Source: a phage. Taken from it: a stretch of 64,000 bases of DNA. Under the pieces are notes generated by a model. The model did no database searches and was not told where the DNA came from. It saw nothing but the letters and a program-made list of their open reading frames with translations. The number at the start of each line of letters is the position of its first letter. The first letter of the stretch is position 1. Below, one piece after another: positions 37,656 through 47,326 of the stretch. The DNA lies in the sequence record PV730299.1. One strand, 5' to 3'. The position numbers were made by a program, and so were the translations under genes.

Positions 37656-38887
37656 CACATCTGTCTAAAATGCCGCAGGGATATAAAGCCCCTGAAAAAT
37701 GGAAATACCCGATTGATCTGGCAATAGATTATCGTAAGCCAGAAAATCGCATGTACCTACTCAAGGCTTGGGTGGAGGCGCTGTCCTACACCGAAGAGCA
37801 CAACCAGCAGATGCGTCTGATGGACTATGCGATCGAAGTCACTGAAGGTATCAGCCTCGAACAGAAAGTCGAGCGCAAGATCTGGATGGCATTCCTGTGG
37901 GGTTGTTGCTATAACGCCGTCGGGCCGTGGACGATCTACAGTGAGTTCCCTGTACCACCCCAGTCCAAAGAAGGGATGCAGCGCTTCTCTGATTGGTATA
38001 ATCTGAACTTTGATCGCATGCGATTCGATACCGACTGTCGCTACCGCAAGTCCAAGATGATTCCGTGTGTTCAGTCCTATATTGACTGGCTGGCTGGCCG
38101 TACTCAATATGACGCTTTCCGTGGGATGTTGGTGTGCATCGATAAGACAGAACAATTCACCCAGCTGTGGGACACGGCGATGTCCTGGAAATACTTCGGT
38201 CGCCTGAGCGCCTGGAACTTCCTGGAAGCCCTGAACATGGTCTTCGGGAACGAATACACCATTGACGTCCCTGGCTTCATGCTGCGTGATCGTGATGGAA
38301 GCGAGTCCAACCGTAATGGCGCGGCGTTCTTGTCCAACCGTGACGATTGGGTGACTAAACACGGGAAGAAAAAGATCAACGGTTGTCCTATCACGGATGA
38401 AGAGTGTGACATCCTTGAGGCCGACCTTGAGCAGGCGTTCCAGGATTGTGTGGCTGAGTTCGGGCACCTGACGTTCATCAACCGCCTGAACTTTGAAACC
38501 TCCGGCGCTTGTTGGCTGAAGAAATTCTTCCGACTGAAGAATACCCGTTACATCGGGTGGGACGCAGAGCGTACCTGGGATGAGATAGACTACATGGAAC
38601 GCGTCTGGCCTGAATACTCCTGCGCAGAGCTCTGGGAAGCCCGTTCGCTCTGGCTGCCAGATACCCTGTTATGTGAAAAGGCTCCTGCAGGGCACGTTCC
38701 AGGCGTCCAGAAGTGGAAGATGCCTGTATTCTTTGAGACTGGTGTTCCTCTGCATATCTGGCACCTGCAAAAGGGTACGCGCTGGGAACCATCCGAGGTA
38801 TGTACGAACCTGAAGATGCCTGTGCGCAAGGTTGAGGACAAGTCGAAGTCCAGCAGCGTCAACCTCATGGCACTCTTGAAACGCTGA
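37652..38887 (+). CDS. hypothetical protein, 411 aa, Trp/Cys-rich; possible partner of the kinase
   Basis: ORF track; ATGA-coupled to upstream genes; no motif I can assign. Confidence 0.6.
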   Translation: MTHLSKMPQGYKAPEKWKYPIDLAIDYRKPENRMYLLKAWVEALSYTEEHNQQMRLMDYAIEVTEGISLEQKVERKIWMAFLWGCCYNAVGPWTIYSEFPVPPQSKEGMQRFSDWYNLNFDRMRFDTDCRYRKSKMIPCVQSYIDWLAGRTQYDAFRGMLVCIDKTEQFTQLWDTAMSWKYFGRLSAWNFLEALNMVFGNEYTIDVPGFMLRDRDGSESNRNGAAFLSNRDDWVTKHGKKKINGCPITDEECDILEADLEQAFQDCVAEFGHLTFINRLNFETSGACWLKKFFRLKNTRYIGWDAERTWDEIDYMERVWPEYSCAELWEARSLWLPDTLLCEKAPAGHVPGVQKWKMPVFFETGVPLHIWHLQKGTRWEPSEVCTNLKMPVRKVEDKSKSSSVNLMALLKR

Positions 38888-38895
38888 TATAAATA
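38888..38895 (+). promoter_or_regulatory. TATAAATA, canonical T4-type late promoter sequence
   Basis: 29 nt upstream of ATG 38924; overlaps 5' arm of a hairpin. Confidence 0.35.
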
Positions 38896-38923
38896 TCCTC
38901 GCCTATAAAGCGAGGATATTATC

Positions 38924-39091
38924 ATGTTACAAGATCTGCTGGTTTATGCGCTTCCTGGCGCGGTTGTCGGCTTCATTGCTGGTGCTCTGGTCTTCCGTAA
39001 ACACGCGCAAGATGGTGAAGTGATTGTTCAGAAAGGCAAAGAGATTCTGGACCAGATCGAAGCCAAACTGGAAGAGCTGAAGAAAAAGTAA
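38924..39091 (+). CDS. small membrane protein, 55 aa
   Basis: Manual ORF; hydrophobic N-terminal helix; strong terminator downstream; TATAAATA 29 nt upstream. Confidence 0.4.
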   Translation: MLQDLLVYALPGAVVGFIAGALVFRKHAQDGEVIVQKGKEILDQIEAKLEELKKK

Positions 39092-39119
39092 TCTGACTGG
39101 GGTTGCTTCCTTCAATAAA

Positions 39120-39158
39120 GGGGAATGGGTTATTATTAGCCCATTCCCCTTTCTTTTT
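39120..39158 (+). terminator. rho-independent terminator
   Basis: 10-bp stem GGGGAATGGG/CCCATTCCCC, loop TTATTATTAG, then TTTCTTTTT; preceded by TTCAATAAA. Confidence 0.75.
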
Positions 39159-39259
39159 GCAAGAATATACATCATGGCAATGCAACGAATTGAAGATATG
39201 TCTCTACTCAACATGGAAGCGACTTTTGGCGCTTCCGTTATCGTCATGGGAGAATCCAA

Positions 39260-39478
39260 ATGATCAAGAACACCCGAACAATGAAGCGCGCAATCGCTCA
39301 CTGTGTCCATTCAGTGGCAACTATTATGTTCCGCCACCACATCACATTTGATGAAGCACTGGACCCACAGTACCATGAAGAGCGTTGGGATTTGTTGTTA
39401 AAGAACGGCGCCAATCCTGAGCATAAAGATCAACTCCTTGGTATGACCAAGGCGCAGCTCGTCGGTGAATCCAAATGA
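39260..39478 (+). CDS. hypothetical protein, 72 aa
   Basis: ORF track. Confidence 0.45.
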   Translation: MIKNTRTMKRAIAHCVHSVATIMFRHHITFDEALDPQYHEERWDLLLKNGANPEHKDQLLGMTKAQLVGESK

Positions 39479-40590
39479 TCTACCTCCTGTTTGGTGTGCC
39501 ATTGGTACTGGCTATCCTGTTTGTGACCTACCACCGCAAGACCCATGAGCCGAAAGAGACTCTGATAGCGACCGCGATTGTAGTGGTGCTATCCTGTCTG
39601 ATTCAGGCGGGGACTTATGCTGCGTTCTCCCTTGGTAGTTCAGGGGATGTTGAGATCCTGAACGGGTACGTCACTGCAAAGGAGCGGAATGAGGTGAGCT
39701 GTGAGCATTCATATGAATGCAACTGTTACTACACCACATCTTGTACAGGTTCAGGAAATAACCGATCTTGTACACAAACGCGTCATTGCAGCACATGCTA
39801 TGAGCATTCATATGACGTGGACTGGGATGTGTTGACGACTGTCGGTAATCTGACGATTGACCGCATTGATCGTCGCGGCCTTGGTCAGCCCCCGCGCTGG
39901 GCGCAGGTTCAGATCGGCGAACCCGCAGCCCGTGAGCATTCCTACATGAACTATGTGCTGGGTAACAAGGACTCTCTGTTCTCTCGCTCGGACCAGCAGT
40001 TTGCTGAGCGCTTCAAAGACAAGATTCCGAAGTATCCCGAAGTCTATGACTACTATCGCGTCACTCGTGTACTGAATGTGTCTGGTCTGGCGTTACCGAC
40101 CACATACTGGAACGACTATCTGAACAATACTCTGAAAACATTAGGCGCTTCACGTCAGGTCAATATCGTCTGGGTTGTGACTTCCGGTCAGCCAGTTGAA
40201 TACTTCCAGGGCTTGGTCTATGCTTGGGATGGTGGTAAAAAGAACGACGTTATCGTCGTGACCGACATCAACAAAGACCTGAAGATCAACTGGGGTAAGA
40301 GCACTTCGTTCGCTGATGGTATGCATAACCGTGAACTCCACTCTCGCAATGGCATGGCTCTCACAGGCCACGACATGGGTGTCGGTGTCATGGCTGATGT
40401 TGTCGCTAACATCACCAAAGGCTACAACCGCGTTGAGATGAAGGAAATGGAGTACCTGAAGTGGCGGGAACTCAAGACCTGGGAAGTTGTGATTGTTGTT
40501 CTGCTAGGCTGTCTACCGTTCACCGCAATTTTCATATTACAGCGAATGGAGTACAATGGTGGCCGTCGTCGTTATCCGTTTAATTTTTAA
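39475..40590 (+). CDS. membrane protein with Cys-rich extracytoplasmic region, 371 aa
   Basis: N- and C-terminal hydrophobic helices; cluster of eight Cys in CEHSYECNCYYTTSCTGSGNNRSCTQTRHCSTC; immediately upstream of LemA-like gene. Confidence 0.6.
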   Translation: MIYLLFGVPLVLAILFVTYHRKTHEPKETLIATAIVVVLSCLIQAGTYAAFSLGSSGDVEILNGYVTAKERNEVSCEHSYECNCYYTTSCTGSGNNRSCTQTRHCSTCYEHSYDVDWDVLTTVGNLTIDRIDRRGLGQPPRWAQVQIGEPAAREHSYMNYVLGNKDSLFSRSDQQFAERFKDKIPKYPEVYDYYRVTRVLNVSGLALPTTYWNDYLNNTLKTLGASRQVNIVWVVTSGQPVEYFQGLVYAWDGGKKNDVIVVTDINKDLKINWGKSTSFADGMHNRELHSRNGMALTGHDMGVGVMADVVANITKGYNRVEMKEMEYLKWRELKTWEVVIVVLLGCLPFTAIFILQRMEYNGGRRRYPFNF

Positions 40591-40608
40591 TCAAAAGAGG
40601 AAGTAAGA

Positions 40609-41178
40609 ATGTCTCAATCTAAGGGTATCGCAACAGGTTGGATAGTTGGTTTGGCTTTGCTGGGTATAATGATTCTCGGCATCGGTACAGTCATCAGCTA
40701 CTTCAACGACTTCAACCGCACTGAGCAGCAGGTCAAGAAGTTCAACAAAGACTCCGAGAACTACCTGAGCAACTACACGCTCAAAGTTCAGGAGACGGCG
40801 CAGATTCCTGACATGTATAAAGACGGCCTGAAGGAAGTGATCAAAGGCACGTTCGAAGGGCGTTATGGCGCTGATGGTTCCAAGGCCGTCATGCAGTGGA
40901 TCCAGGAGCAGAATATTCAGTTCGATTCCAGCCTGTACAAAGAGATCCAGGTGGTGATCAGTTCTGGGCGTGATGAATTCCGCATCAGCCAGACCAAGAA
41001 GCTGGATATCTGCACAATATACGAAACTAAGCTGGCTCAGTTCCCTGGTTCGTTGATTGCTGGCATGTTCGGCTACCCGCGTATCGACCTTGACAAGACC
41101 TGTCAGGTGGTGAGTGATACCCGTACCCAGGCCGCGTTCGACGCTGGTATTCAGAAACCGATTAACTTCAAAGGCTGA
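40609..41178 (+). CDS. LemA-family protein
   Basis: N-terminal TM helix and C-terminal FPGSLIAGMFGYPRI resembling the LemA signature; AAGAGG RBS. Confidence 0.6.
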   Translation: MSQSKGIATGWIVGLALLGIMILGIGTVISYFNDFNRTEQQVKKFNKDSENYLSNYTLKVQETAQIPDMYKDGLKEVIKGTFEGRYGADGSKAVMQWIQEQNIQFDSSLYKEIQVVISSGRDEFRISQTKKLDICTIYETKLAQFPGSLIAGMFGYPRIDLDKTCQVVSDTRTQAAFDAGIQKPINFKG

Positions 41179-41182
41179 TGTC

Positions 41183-41596
41183 ATGAGCGTGAAACTCACT
41201 GAATCCCTGACACTGGACCAACAGCAGGCTTTGTTGGATGAGGTAGTGATCTCTGCTATCAAGCAAGGGATTATCAAAGACGACTTGTTGATTGACCGTC
41301 CCGAGATGATCCATCATCTGGTGGTGTGCCTGGGTGAGGCCAGCAACCCTCGCAAGAAGATCGTGCTGTTTACTGATGGTGTGATCCTTCCGAGCGGGAA
41401 ATGTGCGTTCTTGGATGTGGTTGAACATCCGAACACGAAAGGCAAAGAGGTCAAGACTTCTGTTCCGGTGACTCCATACACCGAGGGTGTTGACCATCTG
41501 TCTTGGTTTGAGACAATCAACACCATTTATGTGATGACACCGGACGGTAAACCAGTTCGGGATCTACGAGGCGGCAAAGTAGAATCTGAAGACTAA
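41183..41596 (+). CDS. hypothetical protein, 137 aa
   Basis: Start set to ATG 41183 after LemA stop. Confidence 0.5.
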   Translation: MSVKLTESLTLDQQQALLDEVVISAIKQGIIKDDLLIDRPEMIHHLVVCLGEASNPRKKIVLFTDGVILPSGKCAFLDVVEHPNTKGKEVKTSVPVTPYTEGVDHLSWFETINTIYVMTPDGKPVRDLRGGKVESED

Positions 41597-41612
41597 TCGT
41601 TCTTCAATAAAA

Positions 41613-41646
41613 GGGGATAGGGTATTATTGCTCTATCCCTTTTTCG
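41613..41646 (+). terminator. rho-independent terminator
   Basis: Stem GGGATAG/CTATCCC, loop with TATTATT, then TTTTT; preceded by TTCAATAAA. Confidence 0.7.
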
Positions 41647-41707
41647 TGGACAGGAACATGACAGACAAGCCAAGAAAGATGAAGAACAAACACCGGAGCA
41701 AACGCTG

Positions 41708-42163
41708 ATGACTACCAAACCAACTTATGAAGAACTGGCGCAGACCGTTCTGACCTTTGACAGCACCCTGAAGAATCTTTACAAGGTGCTGGGAAATAAC
41801 CCGACTTCAGAGTCAGGAGAAACAGTTAATCTTCTGTTACTGATGAACCCTCTGTGGGATATTGATGCCACTATTGCTGCCCTGAAAGATCCTGGGGCAC
41901 AGGAGCCGGAGCCAACCCCTGTATCCACTGGGATTCAGAAATACCTGGAGAACTTTGACGAGTACTCCTTCACAGATCTGCTCCTGCGTGATATGATCAA
42001 CACAGAACGCCGTCGCCAGGGGAAGAACTGTCCTGTGGTCCAGTCTGATGAAGAAATAGAGCAGAGTGTTCGGGAAGATCTGAACAGCACCTACTCGCCT
42101 ATCGATCTGGCTGTAATGATTGTTCAGGCGCTGTCCTACGCCGCCAAAGGAGAAACGAAATGA
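41708..42163 (+). CDS. hypothetical protein, 151 aa
   Basis: ORF track. Confidence 0.5.
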   Translation: MTTKPTYEELAQTVLTFDSTLKNLYKVLGNNPTSESGETVNLLLLMNPLWDIDATIAALKDPGAQEPEPTPVSTGIQKYLENFDEYSFTDLLLRDMINTERRRQGKNCPVVQSDEEIEQSVREDLNSTYSPIDLAVMIVQALSYAAKGETK

Positions 42164-42363
42164 AGCCGAAGATGTCTTCAGTTGTTGTGGCTGCGGCTCT
42201 GGCGTTGTCAGAGAGCGTTCAGGTTGCCCAACACCGTGGTGATTTCTGGGATGAAAGTCGCTACGTCAACAGTGGTCCTGGAACCGCCGGACATGGTCGC
42301 CCGTCTGTAACCCGCAAGAAGAAGGCGAAGACCAATGGAAAGAACAAGCGCAAACGTAAGTGA
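42160..42363 (+). CDS. small secreted/basic protein, 67 aa
   Basis: Signal-like N-terminus and Lys/Arg-rich C-terminus; ATGA overlap. Confidence 0.4.
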   Translation: MKPKMSSVVVAAALALSESVQVAQHRGDFWDESRYVNSGPGTAGHGRPSVTRKKKAKTNGKNKRKRK

Positions 42364-42504
42364 GGAGTGCCTGAAGGATCTTTCTACAGGCAATCCAAAG
42401 TTGGCCAGATCATGGGTGATGTTTGATGACCGACGAGATAATCTTCCTTCGAGCAGAGGTCGCTCGATTAAGTAAAACCGAACCCAAAAAGTAGAGGATA
42501 TGTT

Positions 42505-42852
42505 ATGAGTTCTATTGAACAGCTGATCACCCCACAGTATGTGTACTCCAACATTGTTGAGCACCTGCGCTCACAGTTGAACGTGGGAACCCTGAGCAGC
42601 ACTGACCTGAAAGATCTACAAATCGTTGAAGTCGAAGTGGCGGCCTTTGGTTCTCGCTATCACTTCAATGTGGAATACACGCGTGTAGAAGAGCAGCAGT
42701 CCTCTATCATCGCGCTGGCTACTCCAGTCAACCCACGCAAAGAGCCTGTGTCGGTCACTCGCACCATCATCGGCTATCTGGAAGAGAAGTTGGAACCTGG
42801 TGCCCAGCGCCCAACATTCGACTTCCAGGCGCGATTTGCCACCGAAGATTGA
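42505..42852 (+). CDS. hypothetical protein, 115 aa
   Basis: GAGGA RBS; terminator downstream. Confidence 0.5.
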   Translation: MSSIEQLITPQYVYSNIVEHLRSQLNVGTLSSTDLKDLQIVEVEVAAFGSRYHFNVEYTRVEEQQSSIIALATPVNPRKEPVSVTRTIIGYLEEKLEPGAQRPTFDFQARFATED

Positions 42853-42861
42853 TCTGAACAA

Positions 42862-42884
42862 AGCCCTCAGTCGAGGGCTTTTTC
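42862..42884 (+). terminator. rho-independent terminator
   Basis: Stem GCCCTC/GAGGGC, loop AGTC, then TTTTT. Confidence 0.7.
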
Positions 42885-42958
42885 AATTGAAGACACCCAC
42901 CGTATTATACCCACTCAACCAATATGTTCCCCTTTGACATTGATAGGATTTCTATACT

Positions 42959-45715
42959 ATGAAAATGCGCAAGTCCGAGCACTTTATCCGCTCGTCGTCT
43001 TCCATTCAGGGGCAGGCGTTCAACGTTAAAATGAACGATAAGATGTTTGAGACTCTGTTCTCATCATTGTATCGTTACAAAGAGGCTGCAGCCCTGCGCG
43101 AAACCGTCTGTAACGCCATCGACTCCCATGGCATGCGTGATCGTATGCACCGTGTGATGGCATCCCACTACGCGCCTCTCACTCCCCCTCCTGCCCGCCA
43201 CAGCAAATACCTTGCACCGAAGGGTAAGCAGGTTGTTGTGCATCTACCTGATGACTTTGAGCCATGGCTGGAAATCCGTGATTACGGCATCGGTCTGCCA
43301 CTTGAGAAGATCATTGGTGAGCCTATCCCAGCACAGGAAGATGAGGTGCTGCTGGAAGGCAACATGGTGGTCAAGGAAGATGAGATCCCTGACTCAGCTG
43401 AGGTCATCGGCGTGCCTGCGTTCTATAATGGTGGTCTAGTGTTCCGTCGCGAAGATGGTGAAATCATTCGTACGCCTGGGTTGTATACCACTCTCTTCCA
43501 CAGTACGAAGGAAGAAGATGATGATCAGATTGGGGCATTCGGTCTTGGCTCCAAATCACCATTTGCGGTATCGGATTCGTTCACTGTGGAAAGCCGCATG
43601 GACGGTAAACTCCATCGCTTCCTGATGTACCTGAATGCCAAGCGCATCCCGACTGTTGATCTGATCACCAAAGATCTTGAAACCCGTGATCCTAAGCCGG
43701 AAGACACCGATGAGTTCAACGGCATGACGGTGAAGATCCCGGTGAAGAACGCTCGCTTCTCCGCATTCTCCGATGAGCTGGTTCGCCTTGGTCGTGTTAT
43801 ACGCCCTGAACAACGTCCAATTGTTGAGAACGCTTCATACCGCTTCGGCTGGGAAGATATCAGTTATGAATTCAAGGTCAATAACACATACATCCAGCCG
43901 AAAGGCCAGGGGAACATCCATTATGCTGTAATGGGTGGCGTGTCGTACCCGATTGACCTGGACCAGCTGGACCCGGACACTGCTTCCATCATGAGCAAGT
44001 TTCCATCGTCCTATACGTTCTTCGAACTCGGCTCGCTGAACGTACCACCGTCGCGTGAAGACCTTTCATATGACGAATTCACGCGTGAGACGCTCTCTGA
44101 GGAGTTTAAGGGCACCGCCAATGCAATCTTGACAGAAAAGATGCGTGACCTGGAGCTGGCGTGTAAGCGTGGTCCTCTTGCCCTGTATATGGAGAAGGTA
44201 AAACTGAGTGAAATGTTCGGCAGTGGGTTCCGCAAGATGGTTGAAAAGGAATACCCGGCAGACAAGCGCTTTCATGATTCATATTACCGTTACCCGCTGC
44301 CTGTTGAGATCGACCGTGACTATGACCACACCGCGCCGTTCAATGAATTGTCATCGCCGTTCTCTATGGAGATCTTCTATGACTGGGGTGAGTCCAGTAA
44401 TTTGACCATTTCAGAAATCCAGAAGTGGATTGATCGCGGCCAGCATGTTACTGTGGTGATCGAAGATAGTGTTCGTGCTCGTAACCTGAAGATCAAGCAG
44501 CTGAAAGATACAGGGACGATAGTCATCGTGGCCAAGCCGAACACATCCTATGTCACCAAGCGCAACCAATCTAAGGACAACCCTGCGTTCAAGAATTCTC
44601 AGGCTCTCTATGATTTCTTTGAAACTTGGATTGGTAAAGAAGAAACGACGGTTGATTATCTGTGCTTCGCCGACAAGTTCGTCGATTGGCTGAGTGCGGT
44701 GTTGGAGCCTGCTGAAGTCAAGTTCATGAACGAACTGTCGTATGTCACGCCCCCGGTCACCAAAGACCCTGGCCTGTTTCCGTTCACGCGCAGCAACTTC
44801 GACATATACCAGTATGAAGAACTAACGGGCGACCAGATCTCAGATATCATCAACAAGGGCGAGCGCATCGTCTATATTGAGGTGTCTGGCCATGCGTGTA
44901 TCCATCAGGTGATGGACAGAACGTTGACGACTGCGGCGGCGCGGGGTATTCGTAAATCTCTGTATGAGCACGCAGTCAGTGTCGACGATGAAGGCAAGCC
45001 AGTGTACATCAGCGATATGTTGAACGTTCACAACCGAATCTTCTTGGCTCGTCGTAAATCCGTGCCAATGATGAAGAAGTTCCCAGAGGTCTTCATACCG
45101 ATCGATGAAATCCTGAAGATCATGTTGGAAAACGTGAAGCCTATGATGGAGCGCGATAGCGCCAGGCGCATACTGGAATCATACCGCCGCATGCGCCTTG
45201 GGGCGGATCGATTAAAATACGGGAGCCATCTGGTTCATCAGGCGTTTGGTGATGTTGAAGACGATCGTTATGGCAAATTGGTCAGCCGTTACAACAAGTT
45301 AATGAAAGTTGTGGACGATATCTTGGATGAGCAGACTGTACGTCATTACCAAAGCCTGGCGAAAGCCCCGGTTTCAATCAATGACAAGCGTCGATTTAGC
45401 CATTTCCAGGACACAATACATTCTCTTAACGTGAATTTGTACGCCAACGAGCGTGACGAAAAGATCTTCCGTTCAGAACATCAGATGCTACAGATCTTTG
45501 AATGCGCTTCGGATGTGTTGCGGTTTCATGGATTTACACCGTTTGATATATCGAGGACTCCGTCATTGAAAGCAAGGCGGGAAAACCGATTGACCATCGA
45601 GCGTCATCGTGTTGTCCGGTTCTTGAAAGAGAATTACAAACCAAGCGCCCTGAACCCGATTGAAAAATCTTCGGATTACTTGGACGTTATTTCAAATTCC
45701 ATTATCAGGGCATAA
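42959..45715 (+). CDS. rIIA: rIIA-like protein with GHKL-type ATPase domain
   Basis: N-box-like ETVCNAIDSH, G1-like IRDYGIGLP, G2-like GAFGLGSKS; large size and position beside rIIB-like gene and topoisomerase genes. Confidence 0.6.
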   Translation: MKMRKSEHFIRSSSSIQGQAFNVKMNDKMFETLFSSLYRYKEAAALRETVCNAIDSHGMRDRMHRVMASHYAPLTPPPARHSKYLAPKGKQVVVHLPDDFEPWLEIRDYGIGLPLEKIIGEPIPAQEDEVLLEGNMVVKEDEIPDSAEVIGVPAFYNGGLVFRREDGEIIRTPGLYTTLFHSTKEEDDDQIGAFGLGSKSPFAVSDSFTVESRMDGKLHRFLMYLNAKRIPTVDLITKDLETRDPKPEDTDEFNGMTVKIPVKNARFSAFSDELVRLGRVIRPEQRPIVENASYRFGWEDISYEFKVNNTYIQPKGQGNIHYAVMGGVSYPIDLDQLDPDTASIMSKFPSSYTFFELGSLNVPPSREDLSYDEFTRETLSEEFKGTANAILTEKMRDLELACKRGPLALYMEKVKLSEMFGSGFRKMVEKEYPADKRFHDSYYRYPLPVEIDRDYDHTAPFNELSSPFSMEIFYDWGESSNLTISEIQKWIDRGQHVTVVIEDSVRARNLKIKQLKDTGTIVIVAKPNTSYVTKRNQSKDNPAFKNSQALYDFFETWIGKEETTVDYLCFADKFVDWLSAVLEPAEVKFMNELSYVTPPVTKDPGLFPFTRSNFDIYQYEELTGDQISDIINKGERIVYIEVSGHACIHQVMDRTLTTAAARGIRKSLYEHAVSVDDEGKPVYISDMLNVHNRIFLARRKSVPMMKKFPEVFIPIDEILKIMLENVKPMMERDSARRILESYRRMRLGADRLKYGSHLVHQAFGDVEDDRYGKLVSRYNKLMKVVDDILDEQTVRHYQSLAKAPVSINDKRRFSHFQDTIHSLNVNLYANERDEKIFRSEHQMLQIFECASDVLRFHGFTPFDISRTPSLKARRENRLTIERHRVVRFLKENYKPSALNPIEKSSDYLDVISNSIIRA

Positions 45716-45746
45716 TAGTCCTGTTAACCAACGTGGGAACTACAAG

Positions 45747-47309
45747 ATGAACAAGATTGACGAAAAGATCCTGAAGTATTTGAAGGAAGGCAAAAGCCAG
45801 AGTGCAATTGCTACTCTGTTGGGCATACCCCGCTCGACTGTACAACGTGTTGCAGACACGGAACTCGGTGTCAACCCGTTATCGCTGAAATCTCTTACCA
45901 CTGAAGAGATTCAGCAGATTCAGATGAAGAGCAAGGCTGGTGAAAGCAACCGTGCCCTGGCTGAGTTCTTTGCTGTAAGCGCCAAGACGATCGCCCGTGC
46001 CCTGTTGGTCCGCATTACCGAGGAGGAAAACAAGGTAACTGTGATCTCTCCTATCAAGCCGGAAGAGCAGGAAGTATTCGAGGTCCAACCGGGCGGCACG
46101 GCCAAAGACAAAGATGGCACAGAATGGTATGTTGGGGCATATCTGCCGAACCACAACAAGTATCTGTGTCTCACTAACAACGGCAATTTCAAAGGGGCTT
46201 TCTTTGAAAAGTCTGAATTGACTCCTGTGGAAGGTGATAGTTGCGCTTTCGATGTTGAAGCTATCGGCGAGATGGCAGAAATTTCTGTGGCACTGTCAGA
46301 AGGTGCGGACAAAGTTCCGAGCAACGTTGAAATCAGCGTTGTGGTTGACGGGGAAACCTATCCTATCCGTGGATCCTTGGATGCCCGTCGCCGTGTTGGT
46401 TACTTTGATGGCATCCTCGGTCGCACCCTGCGTCTGGCTCTGTCTTCTGTAGAATTCGCCGTCGCTGTCAAAGACGTTGAAGAAGTGGCTGATGATAAGA
46501 AGACCAAGCAGGACTTCGGCGCGAAAGACCTGGACGTGTTCCTGAACGAACACCAGATCCTGATTCTTCCTGACAGCGTTGTTATCGCGATTGACGGCAA
46601 GCCGGAAACGATCACCACTTCACACCCGGCCTATGACCGCATCGTACAGGCGATCAAAGACAAAGACGTGAAGCTGGCATACTCGCTGATGCGCCCCCGT
46701 GAAGCCATCGCGAAGTACGCTGCTGGTCTGGTAGACGTGTCTGACAACCGTGTCCGCTGGTCTGGCCATGACATCACAGGCACATCCATCGCCAAGCGTG
46801 TACTGGCGCTGATGCTGAAGGGTGACTTCCACAACCTGGACCGCATGGCGAAGTTTATGGACAAAATGTTCCAGAACCCGTCAGCTTCTCTGGTTCAGTC
46901 TGGGCGCATCTATGAGTTCATGGCGTACTCTGACATCGAAATTGACGACGATGGTGACATCATCCTCTACAAATCGGTGCGCGGCAACTACATGGACAAG
47001 CACAGCAACACGATCAGCAACGCCCCAGGCACTATCGTGCGGATGGCTCGCTCATTCGTGAACGACAACAACTCTGAACTGTGTTCATACGGTTTGCACG
47101 TTTGCTCCCTGGCCTACCTGAAGGAGTGTTTCGGTTCTGTTGGCCAGCGCGTCGTTCGCTGTAAGCTGAACCCGCGTGATATCGTGTCGGTCACCGATGA
47201 TTTTGGTTCAAGCAAAATCCGCTGCTGTGAATACCTGGTGTTGGATGACTACACCGCTGAGTACAACCGCCAGCACAAGTCTATTGACGTGACAGGCCTG
47301 TACAAGTAA
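45747..47309 (+). CDS. rIIB-like protein (by synteny) with two N-terminal helix-turn-helix motifs
   Basis: ORF-track start 45660 is TTG and overlaps rIIA-like gene; ATG 45747 chosen; HTH-like GKSQSAIATLLGIPRSTVQRV and SNRALAEFFAVSAKTIARAL. Confidence 0.4.
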   Translation: MNKIDEKILKYLKEGKSQSAIATLLGIPRSTVQRVADTELGVNPLSLKSLTTEEIQQIQMKSKAGESNRALAEFFAVSAKTIARALLVRITEEENKVTVISPIKPEEQEVFEVQPGGTAKDKDGTEWYVGAYLPNHNKYLCLTNNGNFKGAFFEKSELTPVEGDSCAFDVEAIGEMAEISVALSEGADKVPSNVEISVVVDGETYPIRGSLDARRRVGYFDGILGRTLRLALSSVEFAVAVKDVEEVADDKKTKQDFGAKDLDVFLNEHQILILPDSVVIAIDGKPETITTSHPAYDRIVQAIKDKDVKLAYSLMRPREAIAKYAAGLVDVSDNRVRWSGHDITGTSIAKRVLALMLKGDFHNLDRMAKFMDKMFQNPSASLVQSGRIYEFMAYSDIEIDDDGDIILYKSVRGNYMDKHSNTISNAPGTIVRMARSFVNDNNSELCSYGLHVCSLAYLKECFGSVGQRVVRCKLNPRDIVSVTDDFGSSKIRCCEYLVLDDYTAEYNRQHKSIDVTGLYK

Positions 47310-47326
47310 CCAAACCCCATCCACCA

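Noticed and set aside
37757-38467. 236-aa minus-strand ORF, and 37085-37606, 38104-38481
   Set aside because: Antisense to ATGA-coupled plus-strand genes; no RBS or promoter context
40591-41277. 228-aa minus-strand ORF
   Set aside because: Antisense to the LemA-like gene, which has a clear family motif and RBS
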